Origin: a virus
Lineage: Duplodnaviria; Caudoviricetes
Virus record (IMG/VR): IMGVR_UViG_2654588144_000016
Location: 1-64,000 of that record
Direction: 5' to 3' (one strand)
DNA: 64,000 nucleotides
Shown: positions 39,602-50,953 of the stretch, piece after piece
How positions within the stretch are numbered: position 1 is the stretch's first letter
How the letters are laid out: each line of letters begins with the position of its first letter
Notes under the pieces: model-generated
Databases searched by the model: none
What the model was told of the DNA's origin: nothing
Seen by the model: the letters and a program-made list of their open reading frames with translations, nothing else
Translations under genes and position numbers: made by a program

Positions 39602-40113
39602 TCACCAAACAAATTCGTCGGCGCATCAACCGGAGCCTGATAGTCCAATCTCTGATAATCCAGCACCTCATAACCTGTCCAAGACAGAAACTGTCTGGCC
39701 GGAAATCCTTTTACATACCGGTTATATGTACCTACCTGCTTGTTGTAGCTCTCTCGGTACTGGGCAATCATGTTTTCCGTGGTAGCAAGCTCTGTCATGA
39801 GCTGTTTGTAATTCTCATTACTTTTCAGTTCTGGATACGCTTCTGCTACCGCTGTAATTGCAGTAGTCACATTCTCGATATCTCCGGTGCTTCCTCTGCC
39901 GGCCACAATCGCCTGTAACGTTTCCGCCTCATGCTTGTCATACTGCTTAATCGTATCCACAAGATTTGGTAGCAAGTCGATTCTGCGCTTCTCCTGCACC
40001 TTAATGTCAGACATGGAGGTTTCAATGGATTCCTCCAAGCCGATTGCCTTATTTCTGCTGCCCTGTACGCCAAATACGCACGCTACTGCAATAAAAACAA
40101 TTCCTACTGCCAC
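39598..40113 (-). CDS. LemA-family protein
   Basis: RRIDLLPNLV, EAYPELKSNENY, YNRYVKGFP motifs. Confidence 0.85.
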   Translation of the reverse strand: MAVGIVFIAVACVFGVQGSRNKAIGLEESIETSMSDIKVQEKRRIDLLPNLVDTIKQYDKHEAETLQAIVAGRGSTGDIENVTTAITAVAEAYPELKSNENYKQLMTELATTENMIAQYRESYNKQVGTYNRYVKGFPARQFLSWTGYEVLDYQRLDYQAPVDAPTNLFGE

Positions 40114-40167
40114 AATGGCACCTATCTTCCATGTTTTTATTTTGATTTACCTCCCGTTTTTTAACAC

Positions 40168-42272
40168 TCAACAATTATTCCGACAGTGATATGCTCCGAA
40201 CACCATCAGATTGACTTCCTTTTCATCAAAGCCACACCTGTTCAGTCTACGAACCATGGAATACTTCTCCTTTGTCGGAAGTTTCCAGAAATTCTCCCGG
40301 AGTTTACCCAAGCATATGATACAGTTTCTTACTGCCTCAAACAATTCTTCAAATGCCAATTTGATTTTGATTAAAATCCGCTTAAACTCTACAACCATCA
40401 TATTGCCAGATTCATTGATACATTTTTTCTGTGATTCTGTCATGCATATGTACATTTCCGTAATCACCTCCACCAAATCAATCCGGCACTTGCCAGAAAG
40501 AGAAATATCATCACGGAAAATCCAACCACAGAAGCAACATCTTTAACATTATTCCACATGAACCATCCTATGATAGCCGCCATAATAATATCTCCACAGG
40601 TTACAATAGACTTAATTACTTCCATCACCATCCTCCATTCCGATAATTTGGTTCAAGATTTCTTCCGCTAAATGCTTCGCCCCATATTCAGCGTGAATTT
40701 CGGATTCACCATCTCCAATATAATGCTCCTTTGGTTTTAAAACGCTGAAAATACTCGCCACAAAACCATCGTACAAATCTCCCTGTTTCAAAAGCTCATT
40801 TCGGAGAATTTTGATAACTATCGGTATTGTAAAAAATGGCATCTTAACTGTAGACATACGCTATTTCCTCCTACTGCAAGTCGTTTACGGAAAACACAAT
40901 CCCCAAGCAATACGGTTCTCCATCCTCATACACCATGAATGTCTCATGTGGAATGTCAGTCTTGTACGTCCATGGGATAACATTTCCGTCCTCATCCTTG
41001 GACGCCTTGTCGCACCATAACGCTTCAATGCAATTCGGGAAGTCTTTCTTATCGTCCTCGCCGTTATAAACGCTCTCTTTCGAGAACCAGACCTTTCCAC
41101 CATCGAAACAACCGCCCTCGTCACTCATGGCTCCCTCAAATTCCATCAAATCGTCTGAAGCGCCGGTGACAATTACCCAACCGTTATCTTTAGCTGTCTG
41201 GATTTCTTTTTTCGTAAACATATAAGAATCATATTCTTTACCATCAAGCTGCTGTGCAAATTCTTTTATTTTCATAGGATTACTCGCCTTTCTTCACTTC
41301 ATCAAAACAGCCGTCATAATACTCTGTTTCCAGACCGTAATTTTCGCTTTCCTCGTTATCACATACCCACTCGCCATCTATACGTTTGTGGTGTTCGCAG
41401 TTGCCGCACATTACTCATCCCTCCACATTGTCAAATCTTCATTCATGTTCCAACTCCAATGTCACATAATATCCGTTTCCCTTTATATGCTCAATGGTAT
41501 ACGTTCCCAGATTTCCATTGGCATTTATCTTAATCGTATCCCCAACTTTTGCATATTGGTCATATACTGTTTTTCTTACAAAATGCTCCTCAAATACTTT
41601 ATCCAAAATGAAAAGTAAAACACCCTCATAACTTATTGAAGCATAGCCATGCGGAACAGAATGATATGGAGCAATCTTAAACTCTCCACCAACATTATTA
41701 AGCCTTAATCCATTCAAATTTAACGGCTTTACCTGTACCCATGATTCTCCCTCATTGCCATACATCGTTCATTCCTCCACAATTGCCAGTTCTTTGCTAA
41801 ATCATCCATGAATCCTTTTTCAATACTAAAATTTTCGACCCCATCAATCATCACAGAATCTATGGCAAAAGTCCTGTCCCCGGCTTCACGCATCAATGCA
41901 AAAATCAGCTCCTTTACGTCATCCGGACTGTCACAGTCTGTATTGATTTTAATATTGATTTGCAACTTTTTAATAGCCATATTATGCCCTTTCTCTTACA
42001 AAGCCTTAATTTCCTTGCGCTTCCAGAACAGACTTTCTCGGACAGTAATAATTGGTAATCTGACCGCTCTTGCCCGCCGGAACTGCAACCAGAACACGTT
42101 CGTGGATACTGATATGCCTATCATATTTGACATGACTTGGTTTTACGTCATGCGGAAGAAGCAAATCTGTATCCTTTTTTGCTGATACAATTGCTATAAC
42201 CTTTCCCGTTTTTTTCTTATCGCTACCCTGCGCCTGGCTTGTCCATGTAACTTCTTTTCCAACTCCAATCAT
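40168..42272 (-). CDS. Run of small hypothetical phage genes (40168-40476, 40612-40857, 40871-41275, 41439-41765, 41729-41980, 42006-42272)
   Basis: Packed minus-strand ORFs with RBSs. Confidence 0.6.
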
Positions 42273-42710
42273 AATCAGTTCTCCTCACCTTCATTGTATT
42301 TAGGAAATCCCCTTGTACTGAATCCTTCTGACTTACAGATATACTGTTCTTGGTTACTATCCATATGGGTATCCTCCTAGCTGGAAAGCCTTTTTATTTT
42401 TTTCGGAATTAAAGGGACTAACTGGCGCCGACATCGGCTTCCTACAGACCCCCTCCCGCCCCATTTGCATATGACGGTTGATTGGCTGAAATACTGCACA
42501 AATTCCAGTTCAAAAACTATGCATATTGCTGTTTCAAAGGCCATCATCACTTATATTCGTTTTCAACTATTCGCTAAATATCAATTTCACGAATAGTTAT
42601 GGTTGAAATCTGCACAAAATCTGTCAAAAATATTATGCACAATAACCAATACACTATAAATTGTGCCTATTGTATAACAGACACGCTGTATTGTCTGATA
42701 ATATAGTAGT

Positions 42711-43349
42711 CTAATCCGGCAAATCATCCACGCTCCCAGGCAAGGATTCCATTTCTTTGGCCCTGGCTACTATCTCCTCGCGGCTATATGTAATGCCCGC
42801 TTTGCTTCCGTCTGCTCCCCTTGGCTGCCCCATATTCCATCCGTGCCGCCTGTTTAATGCTCCCAGTATTCCGACGGGATTTCTCTTCCCACCAATGAGC
42901 ATGTTTGACAGACTTTCCTCGTTCTCCATGTTCAATTTTTTGTATATAACGGAACCTTTTGAACCTACTCTCGTCTCATCCCTGCCCCAACTGTTAACCG
43001 TATCTGTATCTATACCAGTCAATTTACTAAACCCACTTATAGATACCTCTTTGTCATACTCATAACATAGAGTTATATATATATCACATACACAGTCTAT
43101 TAAATCCAGATTATAGGCATTGTTTAATCTTGTATCTGTATATAACCTTTCACGGTTAACAGCAAACAACTGTTTATTAATATATATAAGAGCAGCATTC
43201 CAGCGGCTCTGCGGCTCCTTACGCATATCCTTTATGCCTCTATTGTCGATGTACTCTTGGAGATACATAGATATATCATTTGCATAGACATCTATGGTAT
43301 TACCGTCCCTATCTGTTATTTTGACCATGTTAATATTAATATCTGACAT
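42711..43349 (-). CDS. Terminase small subunit / DNA-packaging protein (probable)
   Basis: SISGFSKLTGIDTDTVNSW HTH and NPVGILGALNRRHGW motif; AGGAG RBS before ATG 43349. Confidence 0.6.
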   Translation of the reverse strand: MSDININMVKITDRDGNTIDVYANDISMYLQEYIDNRGIKDMRKEPQSRWNAALIYINKQLFAVNRERLYTDTRLNNAYNLDLIDCVCDIYITLCYEYDKEVSISGFSKLTGIDTDTVNSWGRDETRVGSKGSVIYKKLNMENEESLSNMLIGGKRNPVGILGALNRRHGWNMGQPRGADGSKAGITYSREEIVARAKEMESLPGSVDDLPD

Positions 43350-43520
43350 AACTGTATATCTCCTCTCTGGGGCTATGTAACCCAATTATATATAATCCTT
43401 ATCTATCCACATGGGAATATGTATATAATATATATCTATTCCGCTACACTGTATTTGTATTAACTATAAGGCAGACCCATTGAAGCATTGCGGCCTCCTC
43501 TCTGCCTGGTTAAGGTAAAT

Positions 43521-43665
43521 AAAAAAAAGGCCCCAACGCTTAGACAGACTGCTACATCCGTCTATAACGTCAAGGCCCCGTGGACTGGTTATACTTCGCC
43601 GCGCATCTGCTGGCCGGCGGTCTGCATGTGTGGTCAAGGCATCCGAGACACTAGCACACATACAC
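43521..43665 (-). ncRNA. Unnamed ~140-nt structured RNA/leader, copy 2
   Basis: TTGACA-17-TAGAGT promoter (43692..43720); homologous to 10871..11011; ends in hairpin plus T8. Confidence 0.6.
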
Positions 43666-43724
43666 GCTATATATAATTATCAATTGGTTATACTCTAGCA
43701 GATTTTATAATATCTGTCAATAGC

Positions 43725-44087
43725 CTATTTAAGCGCATCCAAAAAAACGCCTAAATCAGTATAATCCCATTCCCCAGTGACATCTACAACACGGTATGCC
43801 TGGGAATAATCCACATTGCTCAAATCTCCGTCAAAATCATCGTCATCTGGCAAGTCAAAATAAAATTTTAGCAGACGATTGTTATCTGTGATGCCGTATT
43901 GATAAAACTCGTCCATATCAAAACACTCATCAGTGCCAACCATATAAATTTTATAACTTACGCCATCAACCAAAACGGTAGTGTACCGACAATCGCTATC
44001 TAACAGTTCGGCCTCGGTCACATTCCGACGCCCCTCAATAATTTCCAATGCCGCTTTGCGCAGTTCTTTATTTTTATTTTTATCCAT
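43725..44087 (-). CDS. Acidic hypothetical protein
   Basis: 120 aa; GGAGG RBS; own TTGACA-17-TATGCT promoter (44138..44166). Confidence 0.7.
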   Translation of the reverse strand: MDKNKNKELRKAALEIIEGRRNVTEAELLDSDCRYTTVLVDGVSYKIYMVGTDECFDMDEFYQYGITDNNRLLKFYFDLPDDDDFDGDLSNVDYSQAYRVVDVTGEWDYTDLGVFLDALK

Positions 44088-44146
44088 TTTACTTACCTCC
44101 TATATGACTCCCTGATATCCTCTTTGTTGATACTCCAAGCATATCA

Positions 44147-44550
44147 CATGTGCGTTATATTGTCAATATTATATGTGCGTTATTTTAAGATTTTTTCTAA
44201 CTCATCCAATTTACTTAATACTGTGTCACGGATAAAGGCGGAATTAGTTTTATTAAGATTAAGCGCCTCAATCCTTTCCTTTGTCCCATCAGGGAAAACA
44301 ATATTTAATCTGTAGTTTCTTTTTTCGTATTCTCTCACGGCTTTTCTTTGCGAATCTGTTGTCTTTAACTCCTTATTTCCCATCATTCCACCGCCTTTGT
44401 CATATATGTGTCTTACCTAATTATATATTATGTGCGTTACATTGTCAATAAATATGTGCGTTATACACTTTGCACATTTTTCTGTCTATATATGTGCGTT
44501 ATTTTGTTAGTTATTCCGGTATTGCACTTTGCTTATATGTGCGTTATAAT
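44147..44550. promoter_or_regulatory. Direct-repeat operators (ATGTGCGTTA, six copies plus one degenerate) overlapping three sigma-A promoters
   Basis: Copies near 44148, 44173, 44430, 44454, 44492, 44537; promoters 44138..44166(-), 44420..44448(-), 44522..44550(+). Confidence 0.75.
44180..44386 (-). CDS. Small ribbon-helix-helix-like regulator
   Basis: SQRKAVREYEKRNYRLNIVFPDGTKERI...SAFIR pattern. Confidence 0.65.
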   Translation of the reverse strand: MMGNKELKTTDSQRKAVREYEKRNYRLNIVFPDGTKERIEALNLNKTNSAFIRDTVLSKLDELEKILK

Positions 44551-44599
44551 TTAGGCATAACAAAACAACAACACATCAAGCAAAAAGGAGATAAAAGCC

Positions 44600-44971
44600 A
44601 TGGTAAAAAACATCATCGATTTAATTGAGGCCAGCGGAGCCGAATATATAGGCATAAGACATTTGGCAGACGATGAGCATTACAACGTTGGAGATTACTG
44701 CCGTAACTCTTATGACTGGGATTATGAGCACGATTGCTCCACATACGAGACGGATGAGCCGCAAGAGCTTCCAGGCACGTGCGCATACAATACCAAGATA
44801 CATTCCGGATGGGACGATCCGGATGAAATCAAGTCAAAGCTGGAAAAAGCCCTTAACGCATCCAAAGTATACTATGGCAATATTGTTATCATCGGCGGAG
44901 ACCGTGTTACCTATGGTAATGACGAGGGCGAAATCATCATAGAGGATGCCGTTGTTATCGCAACTGTTTAA
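44600..44971 (+). CDS. Acidic hypothetical early protein
   Basis: AAGGAG RBS, consensus promoter upstream. Confidence 0.75.
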   Translation: MVKNIIDLIEASGAEYIGIRHLADDEHYNVGDYCRNSYDWDYEHDCSTYETDEPQELPGTCAYNTKIHSGWDDPDEIKSKLEKALNASKVYYGNIVIIGGDRVTYGNDEGEIIIEDAVVIATV

Positions 44972-45002
44972 CCGTACCACCAAATGAGAGGAGATAAAAA
45001 CC

Positions 45003-46028
45003 ATGACAAAATATTTTAAAAATGTGAAATCCCTAGAGGATTTGAAAAACCAGTTTAAGGCCCTGGCCCGGAAGAATCACCCGGATGCTGGAGGAAACGC
45101 CGAAACCATGAAGGAAATCAACTGCGAATATGACGCGCTTTTCCCTATTTGGAAGGATCGTCACAACACCGCAGAGCCGCAGAACCAGACCACCGAAACC
45201 GCGGACAGCACCCGCCGCCGGTTCTACACTGACTGGGGATGGGAAGGAAGCCGCTACAATTCCAGCATGAGCACTACCGAAATTTCCAAAGCAATCAAAA
45301 TCTATTGCAAAGAGAAATATCCAACATGGAAATTTTCAGTTACATCAAAATATTTTTCCGGCGGTTCCTCTATTGATATTTCCGTCATGGAAGCACCTGA
45401 ACAGATTTTCGACCTTGCAGCCTGTCGCAAAGCATACGCTGAGCATCTGGAGAACGAAAAAATGGGCTACTATGGCGGCCGCGGTCTGGGAATGGACATA
45501 GAAAAGATGTTGACGGATGACAAAATGCACTGGCAGCTACACAGAATTAGTGACCATTACAAGGAATATTTCACCGAATACGGTTTTTCGGTTCTGGAAG
45601 ATGTTTATAAATTTATGCAGTCCTACAATTATGACGACAGCGACAGCATGACCGATTATTTCGCCTGCAATTTTTACAGCTCTTTTAACATCGGAAAATG
45701 GGACAAGGGTTTTAAAATCGTTCCCAAAACCGCCAGAATAAAGAATCAGGACAGTGCCCCAGCGAAAAAAGCGCCGAAGAAAAAACCAGCGGAGCCGGAA
45801 GCAATCGAACAGAAAACCGGCTACACCTACAAAATCACAAAAGGCGAGGACACACGGGACGGCTCCGAACTGTGGCTTGTACGAATTGAAGAAACGCTTG
45901 ACCGTGAAGCATATAAGGCCGAAGCCGCCGCCATGAAAGAGCGTGGTGGATATTACAGCAAATTTCGCAAGGCATTTATTTTTCGATTTGACCCCACCGA
46001 AATTTTGTCCGGTGGAAAGGCGGCATAA
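45003..46028 (+). CDS. J-domain-like (HPD) + large-polyvalent-protein-domain protein
   Basis: LARKNHPDAGG...INCEYD; KFSVTS..FSGGSSIDI and SYNYDDSDSMTDYF motifs (LPD29-like). Confidence 0.7.
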   Translation: MTKYFKNVKSLEDLKNQFKALARKNHPDAGGNAETMKEINCEYDALFPIWKDRHNTAEPQNQTTETADSTRRRFYTDWGWEGSRYNSSMSTTEISKAIKIYCKEKYPTWKFSVTSKYFSGGSSIDISVMEAPEQIFDLAACRKAYAEHLENEKMGYYGGRGLGMDIEKMLTDDKMHWQLHRISDHYKEYFTEYGFSVLEDVYKFMQSYNYDDSDSMTDYFACNFYSSFNIGKWDKGFKIVPKTARIKNQDSAPAKKAPKKKPAEPEAIEQKTGYTYKITKGEDTRDGSELWLVRIEETLDREAYKAEAAAMKERGGYYSKFRKAFIFRFDPTEILSGGKAA

Positions 46029-47547
46029 TAGGCTGCCTGGCGGCATTTGGGCTGGTTCGACTCCCGCCGCTGCTTTTTCATTTCGCGGTCCCCAGGGACA
46101 AGGGGAGAAAGAAAACCTTGAAAACAATGTTAGATAAAGCAATTATCGCTATTGCCATCGGAGCACACCGTCGACACGGGCCAGACGGTTGGAAAATGGC
46201 AATTGTGAAATTGCCGCAAGAAAAAGAGCCTACAGGATAGGCCCTTTTTCCATCACTTAAACATAATGTTTTGTAATAATAATGTTATTTCAATCCACGT
46301 GCGGGAAATCGGTTTCCCGGCTGACAAGCAACCCATTATGTTGCCAACGACAATTACATTATTATATTACACCAAAAAGCATAAATAATCAAGAGTTAAA
46401 TAATCGCATAATCGCAGTCCCCAAAAAAAGGAAAGAAAGGAACGACATGAAACAGATTGAAAAATGGCTACAGGATAATGGCATTACATGATGTCCGACA
46501 GCGAAAACAAATATAAGGTCGGGGAAACAGGATTGACAATGTATTCTTCGATTTGCAGATGCGATTCCTGCAAAGAGGAATTCTTTGCAGATTTTTTTTT
46601 AAAAATCCTAGATACCAGTATTGCCCTCATTGTGGGCGTATGTTTGTCAGTTGGAATCATGCTGACACAGAAAATCAACACTAACGCAACTGACACTCCC
46701 GCTCCATGGCTTCGACCAGCAGCAGGTTTACGACCTGCAGGCGGGATTTAAGCACTTGCGGCGGCCCCGTACCCGTCTACAAGCCAACGCAAGCCGGTAA
46801 CCCAAAGACACCAACCACGCCCCGGTGATGTAATCCGGCGCTTAACGGTTGCGCGATAGCATCCAGCACACAGGCAATACACCACCCTACAAGCTACGGG
46901 ACGGGACGCAGACGGGAGGCGTATTCCCTGAGGGCAAAAATCAAAAATGAGAGGAGGAGCCGACCATGAGTAACCGCTCACGTAGTCCGCCGACACATCA
47001 AAACAGTCCTCCCACGGTATTCAGTCCGTCAGCCGTCAGCCGGTACGGGGACTTTTGCACGTTTGCAACCGCATATTTAGCCGCGTAGCCATTTTATGCA
47101 TTTGTGGCATATTGCAAAGGTAGCGCCTATAAAGTCCCATAGCGGGGCTTGTGGTGCGTGAAACCGATATTTTAGGATTGTATGTTATCGCCGATTGTGG
47201 TATTATACGCTTATAGTAGATATTGTGTGCGCCGGTATGATAAACTACGCCAGTTTGGACAATCTTCTTTCAAACTGACATAATGCCGCCTGGAAGGCAA
47301 GGTATGTTCCTAAACAGTTTTATCAAAATCCAAAGCAAATCCGATGCAAATTCAAAATCAACTTTTCGTGATTTCACCAATCACCAAAATTTAAAAATTC
47401 TCCGAAAAATATTTTTGACATTCTTCTATCAGATCTCCTGCTCCCGGGGGGTATCAAAAAACGTTACCTTGTTTGCATATTTTCAATTTTCCATTGTATC
47501 AACTCAATCTGTTCCAGATATTTTTTTGCTGTCAAACCAAAGCCCCC

Positions 47548-48582
47548 CTATCCAACATAACGGGCATGAGCTTGTCGTACCGTTTCTTTGCTTATTTTTG
47601 CATAGCACTTAAGTGTTGTATCAACTTTTTCATGACCAAGCACTTCCTTTACCATCTCAATTGGTGCGCCCTTATTAATCATATCTGTTCCTACTGTACG
47701 CCTAAAAACATGAGGTGTAATTCTAACACCATCTAAGTCCGCATCACGTTCTTTTATTTGATTAAGAATATTTCGTACTGTCTTGTCCCCTATGCGGCTT
47801 TGAGGCCTATGTGGTGATACAAACAACGCTGGGTTATCATCATTACGGCTGTCGATATATCTCCAAAGATGCAATGCCACTTGTCCATTTAAACATACTT
47901 GCCGTTCTTTTCTTCCCTTTCCATAAACAACAGCAGTTTTACGATGAAAGTCCACATCTGCAATATCCATTCCGCATAGCTCAGATACCCTTATGCCTGT
48001 TACATATAACATATCACATAATGCCAACTCAAATTCATTTTCACAAGCGCATCTTACCATTTCGCGTTGTTCTGGCTGCAATGTCGAGCCTATTCTATAT
48101 TCCACCCGCGTTTCTTTTAATTTCTTAGCTGGATTATTTGGCAACAGGCCCTCTGTATACAGAAAAGAGAAGAAACTACGTATTGATATAAGTTTACTAT
48201 TATAGGTCCTATCCTTCCATTTCCGCACTACTTTCCCATATCCAAGATATCCTTTTAAATCCTGGTATGTAATCTCTGTAACATTTTTATTTATATGTGC
48301 CAACATATTTTTTAAATTGTATTTATAATTATTTATACTACCATCAGTGCACCCATCTAATTTCATCTGAAACAAATAAGCGTTAAGGTATTCCACTGAC
48401 CTATATATCTCATTGGAAAGAGCCGTTTCTTCTGTGAAAAACTGAAAACCAGATAGGCACATATTAAGTATCTGTTTTACTTCATTGAGTCGTTCCTGTT
48501 CTTCGATGACATCTACAATATTATCCATCACACGCCTGACAACATCATCCATACTTACCTGTTCTGCCATATATTTCCACAC
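47548..48582 (-). CDS. Tyrosine recombinase (XerD-like)
   Basis: TGIRVSEL, GKGRKER, HVFRR, LGH and catalytic Y all present. Confidence 0.9.
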   Translation of the reverse strand: MWKYMAEQVSMDDVVRRVMDNIVDVIEEQERLNEVKQILNMCLSGFQFFTEETALSNEIYRSVEYLNAYLFQMKLDGCTDGSINNYKYNLKNMLAHINKNVTEITYQDLKGYLGYGKVVRKWKDRTYNSKLISIRSFFSFLYTEGLLPNNPAKKLKETRVEYRIGSTLQPEQREMVRCACENEFELALCDMLYVTGIRVSELCGMDIADVDFHRKTAVVYGKGRKERQVCLNGQVALHLWRYIDSRNDDNPALFVSPHRPQSRIGDKTVRNILNQIKERDADLDGVRITPHVFRRTVGTDMINKGAPIEMVKEVLGHEKVDTTLKCYAKISKETVRQAHARYVG

Positions 48583-48591
48583 ATCCTTTCC

Positions 48592-48676
48592 TTGTAATTT
48601 TGTACAGGATAGGTTATAATTATCCTATCCAAAGATGAAAAGCCCTTCAGCCGCCAAGCACACGGGGCTTCTTTTT
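48592..48676 (+). ncRNA. Putative antisense sRNA to recombinase leader (promoter + terminator)
   Basis: TTGTAA-17-TATAAT (48592..48620), then AAGCCC...GGGCTT hairpin and T-run. Confidence 0.5.
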
Positions 48677-48690
48677 CGTACATATGTTCT
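48677..48690. promoter_or_regulatory. Putative LexA (SOS) box
   Basis: AGAACATATGTACG (minus), one mismatch to Firmicutes GAAC-N4-GTTC. Confidence 0.5.
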
Positions 48691-48726
48691 TTTACGATGT
48701 TTTTTATTGCCGGGGTACTCCCCGGC

Positions 48727-50039
48727 TTATTTCATTTCAATCTCAATATCACATTCATCTTTCAGCACTGAACGGATATCATCCAGTGTGTACAGCCCCT
48801 TATCAAACTGCCTATAAAACTCGATACAGTAATCCACGAACCGCTGTTCCCGACTCTTTCCATCCACTTCCCTACGCATCAGTTGACCAAAATGGTCCTT
48901 GAACATTAATACTGGAATGCCCAGCATCATGAGAAAAGCAGTCTCTGCCGCGTCATGGGTAGCCTCTTGTTTAATTTCCCGCAATTGGTCTCTGGATAGA
49001 TTATATGTAGGCTGTTTTCTGTTCTCTCGTTCTACGCGTCGCCTTTCCGCTCGTGTCATAATATCTCCTCACTCCTTCGGCAAATTATGTGACTTTATCA
49101 TCCTTACAGTATCAAATTTTTTCTCTATAAATACGTTCTATTTCTTCCAATAAGACATGTATTAATAGATTCTTGATGAATTGACTTTCTCCGAATTCCT
49201 TCCCCAAATCTTTTATTCCATATATAAGACCATCCCAGTATTCATCAGAATCATTGGGGTCACTATACTTCTTAAACAGTTTCCATGTATATGTAAATGC
49301 CCTCTGGTAATCCTTTTCCAATAATGGCTCACCACCTGCCTTGACTCTCTTTATTTCTTGCCAAACGGCTAGGCAAAACAGCCGTCTCATGACTCCGATA
49401 TCATGCTTCGATAGCATTTCTTCTATATGCTCCTTCATGACTTTTTTCCAGTTTTTCATCAGCATCCATGCATCTGTATAAGCCTGCCAGTACCTCTTAA
49501 GTTGTTCTTCGCTCATATTCCACCGCCTTTATTTGCACGCCCAGCACCCGTACCGTATCCGGCCCTTGTTGTTGCGCTGGCCATCACACGCGCGGCGCCC
49601 GTTGTCTATGTAACACTGTCTCATAATACCGTATCACTCCCTTCGGTGGCCGGCGCAGTCCCGGAACCGGGCACAGGCTGGTATACATGTACGGCGGCGC
49701 CGTCCGGATGCGCTCCTTGATGGCCTCGTCAGCCTGGGCGGCCAGAGCCTTGCTGCGGTCGATACGGCTGACCTTAGCCTGCTTACTGTCTGCTTTCTTT
49801 CTCAATCAGGTACCTCCCTTCGTATCACAAATGTCAGTTTAGTCGATAACAAAATCAAACCAGTGACAGTTAAAATCTGTCTCTTTTTCCGGAATTGGCA
49901 TACAGACACCCACCGCATCTTTCACGTATAGTTCACCGTTAATTTCTATGACAGTCATGGGATAATAGCCAAATCTTCGTACTTTGCAGTCGATTTTTTT
50001 ACCCACAAGGTCTTTTGCGTTGCCCTGATATAATTTCAT
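48727..50039 (-). CDS. Small hypothetical phage genes (48727-49059, 49112-49516, 49584-49805, 49839-50039)
   Basis: Packed minus-strand ORFs with RBSs. Confidence 0.6.
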
Positions 50040-50076
50040 TTATTTTTCCTCCTCCAAATGCTAATTTTCCTATTGC

Positions 50077-50478
50077 TCAGTCTATCCACCAGTCCTTCCC
50101 GTTCTCTATCTCCTTTTGTGGCATCAATTCCCCTTTCCATTTATCCAACAATCCACATGGATACAAAGAAAATTCCAGTTCCGGCAGACGTATTGTCAAT
50201 TCATCCTCTGCCTTGTCATCCCTGTTCAATGCTGGCTTAAATCTGTTTATGTAATAAATTTCATACAAGAACATATCTGCTTCCGTCTGGCACGTGGCCG
50301 TTTCGATATGTGTTACACTGAAAATGTCTATCAGCTTGTGCATGGGCAGTTTGAAGAAGTGCCCCCGCAATCTGCTGTTGATTGTCTGTTTAGTACGCCC
50401 CAGGTACGCCACAAACTCTGTTCCATCCGGTCTTCCATAAAAAATTTTATATATTGTGTATACAGTCTTTTTTCCCAT
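50077..50478 (-). CDS. GIY-YIG-like nuclease
   Basis: TIYKI...AYLGRT...RLRGH, EIYYINRFKPALN. Confidence 0.7.
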   Translation of the reverse strand: MGKKTVYTIYKIFYGRPDGTEFVAYLGRTKQTINSRLRGHFFKLPMHKLIDIFSVTHIETATCQTEADMFLYEIYYINRFKPALNRDDKAEDELTIRLPELEFSLYPCGLLDKWKGELMPQKEIENGKDWWID

Positions 50479-50563
50479 TCCGCTGCCCTACATTTCCGCC
50501 TCTATCTTCTGCGGCTTCGCTTCCGTGTATCCTGCTGCCTCCGGTTTTCCCGTAAATTTCGAT

Positions 50564-50839
50564 TTAATCGCAAGAAGCTGCACTTGCATCCAACTCAATA
50601 CCCTCCATCACTGCCCTGGCTTCAAGAACTGCAATATAATCAGTCATGGCGGAAATCTGCATGTTATATGTACTTCGTGGGCAGGTTGGAACAAACCCAA
50701 GCTCTATTCCCCTGTCCCATTTATTCAGCATATTAGCCAATCCTCTGTATCTGATAACTAACTGCTGATACTCTGCAATAAATCTCTTTTTGTAATCTGC
50801 ACTATTCATTCCTTCTACTGTATCCGCTAATTTCATCAT
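50564..50839 (-). CDS. Conserved helical phage protein (crAss001_48-like)
   Basis: EYQQLVIRY...PTCP...AMTDYIAVLEARA motif. Confidence 0.6.
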   Translation of the reverse strand: MMKLADTVEGMNSADYKKRFIAEYQQLVIRYRGLANMLNKWDRGIELGFVPTCPRSTYNMQISAMTDYIAVLEARAVMEGIELDASAASCD

Positions 50840-50953
50840 GTCTTCCTCTTTTCTCCCACACTTAGCAGTGGGCGGCTAAATTTCGATTTGGTTGACAAAA
50901 ACATGTAAAATCTGTAAAACACGCTCATGTTAAGCAAATCTTAATTTGAATAC

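Noticed and set aside
44147-44550. Repeats as a CRISPR array
   Set aside because: Only ~10-12 bp, irregular spacing, overlap promoters; no cas genes
46140-47540. ORFs in the 46.1-47.5 kb region
   Set aside because: Short, interrupted frames (e.g. MKQIEKWLQDNGIT*) with no recognisable product; probably decayed or non-coding
47548-48582. Recombinase as the prophage integrase marking an att end
   Set aside because: Phage genes continue on both sides; no repressor module or att repeat seen
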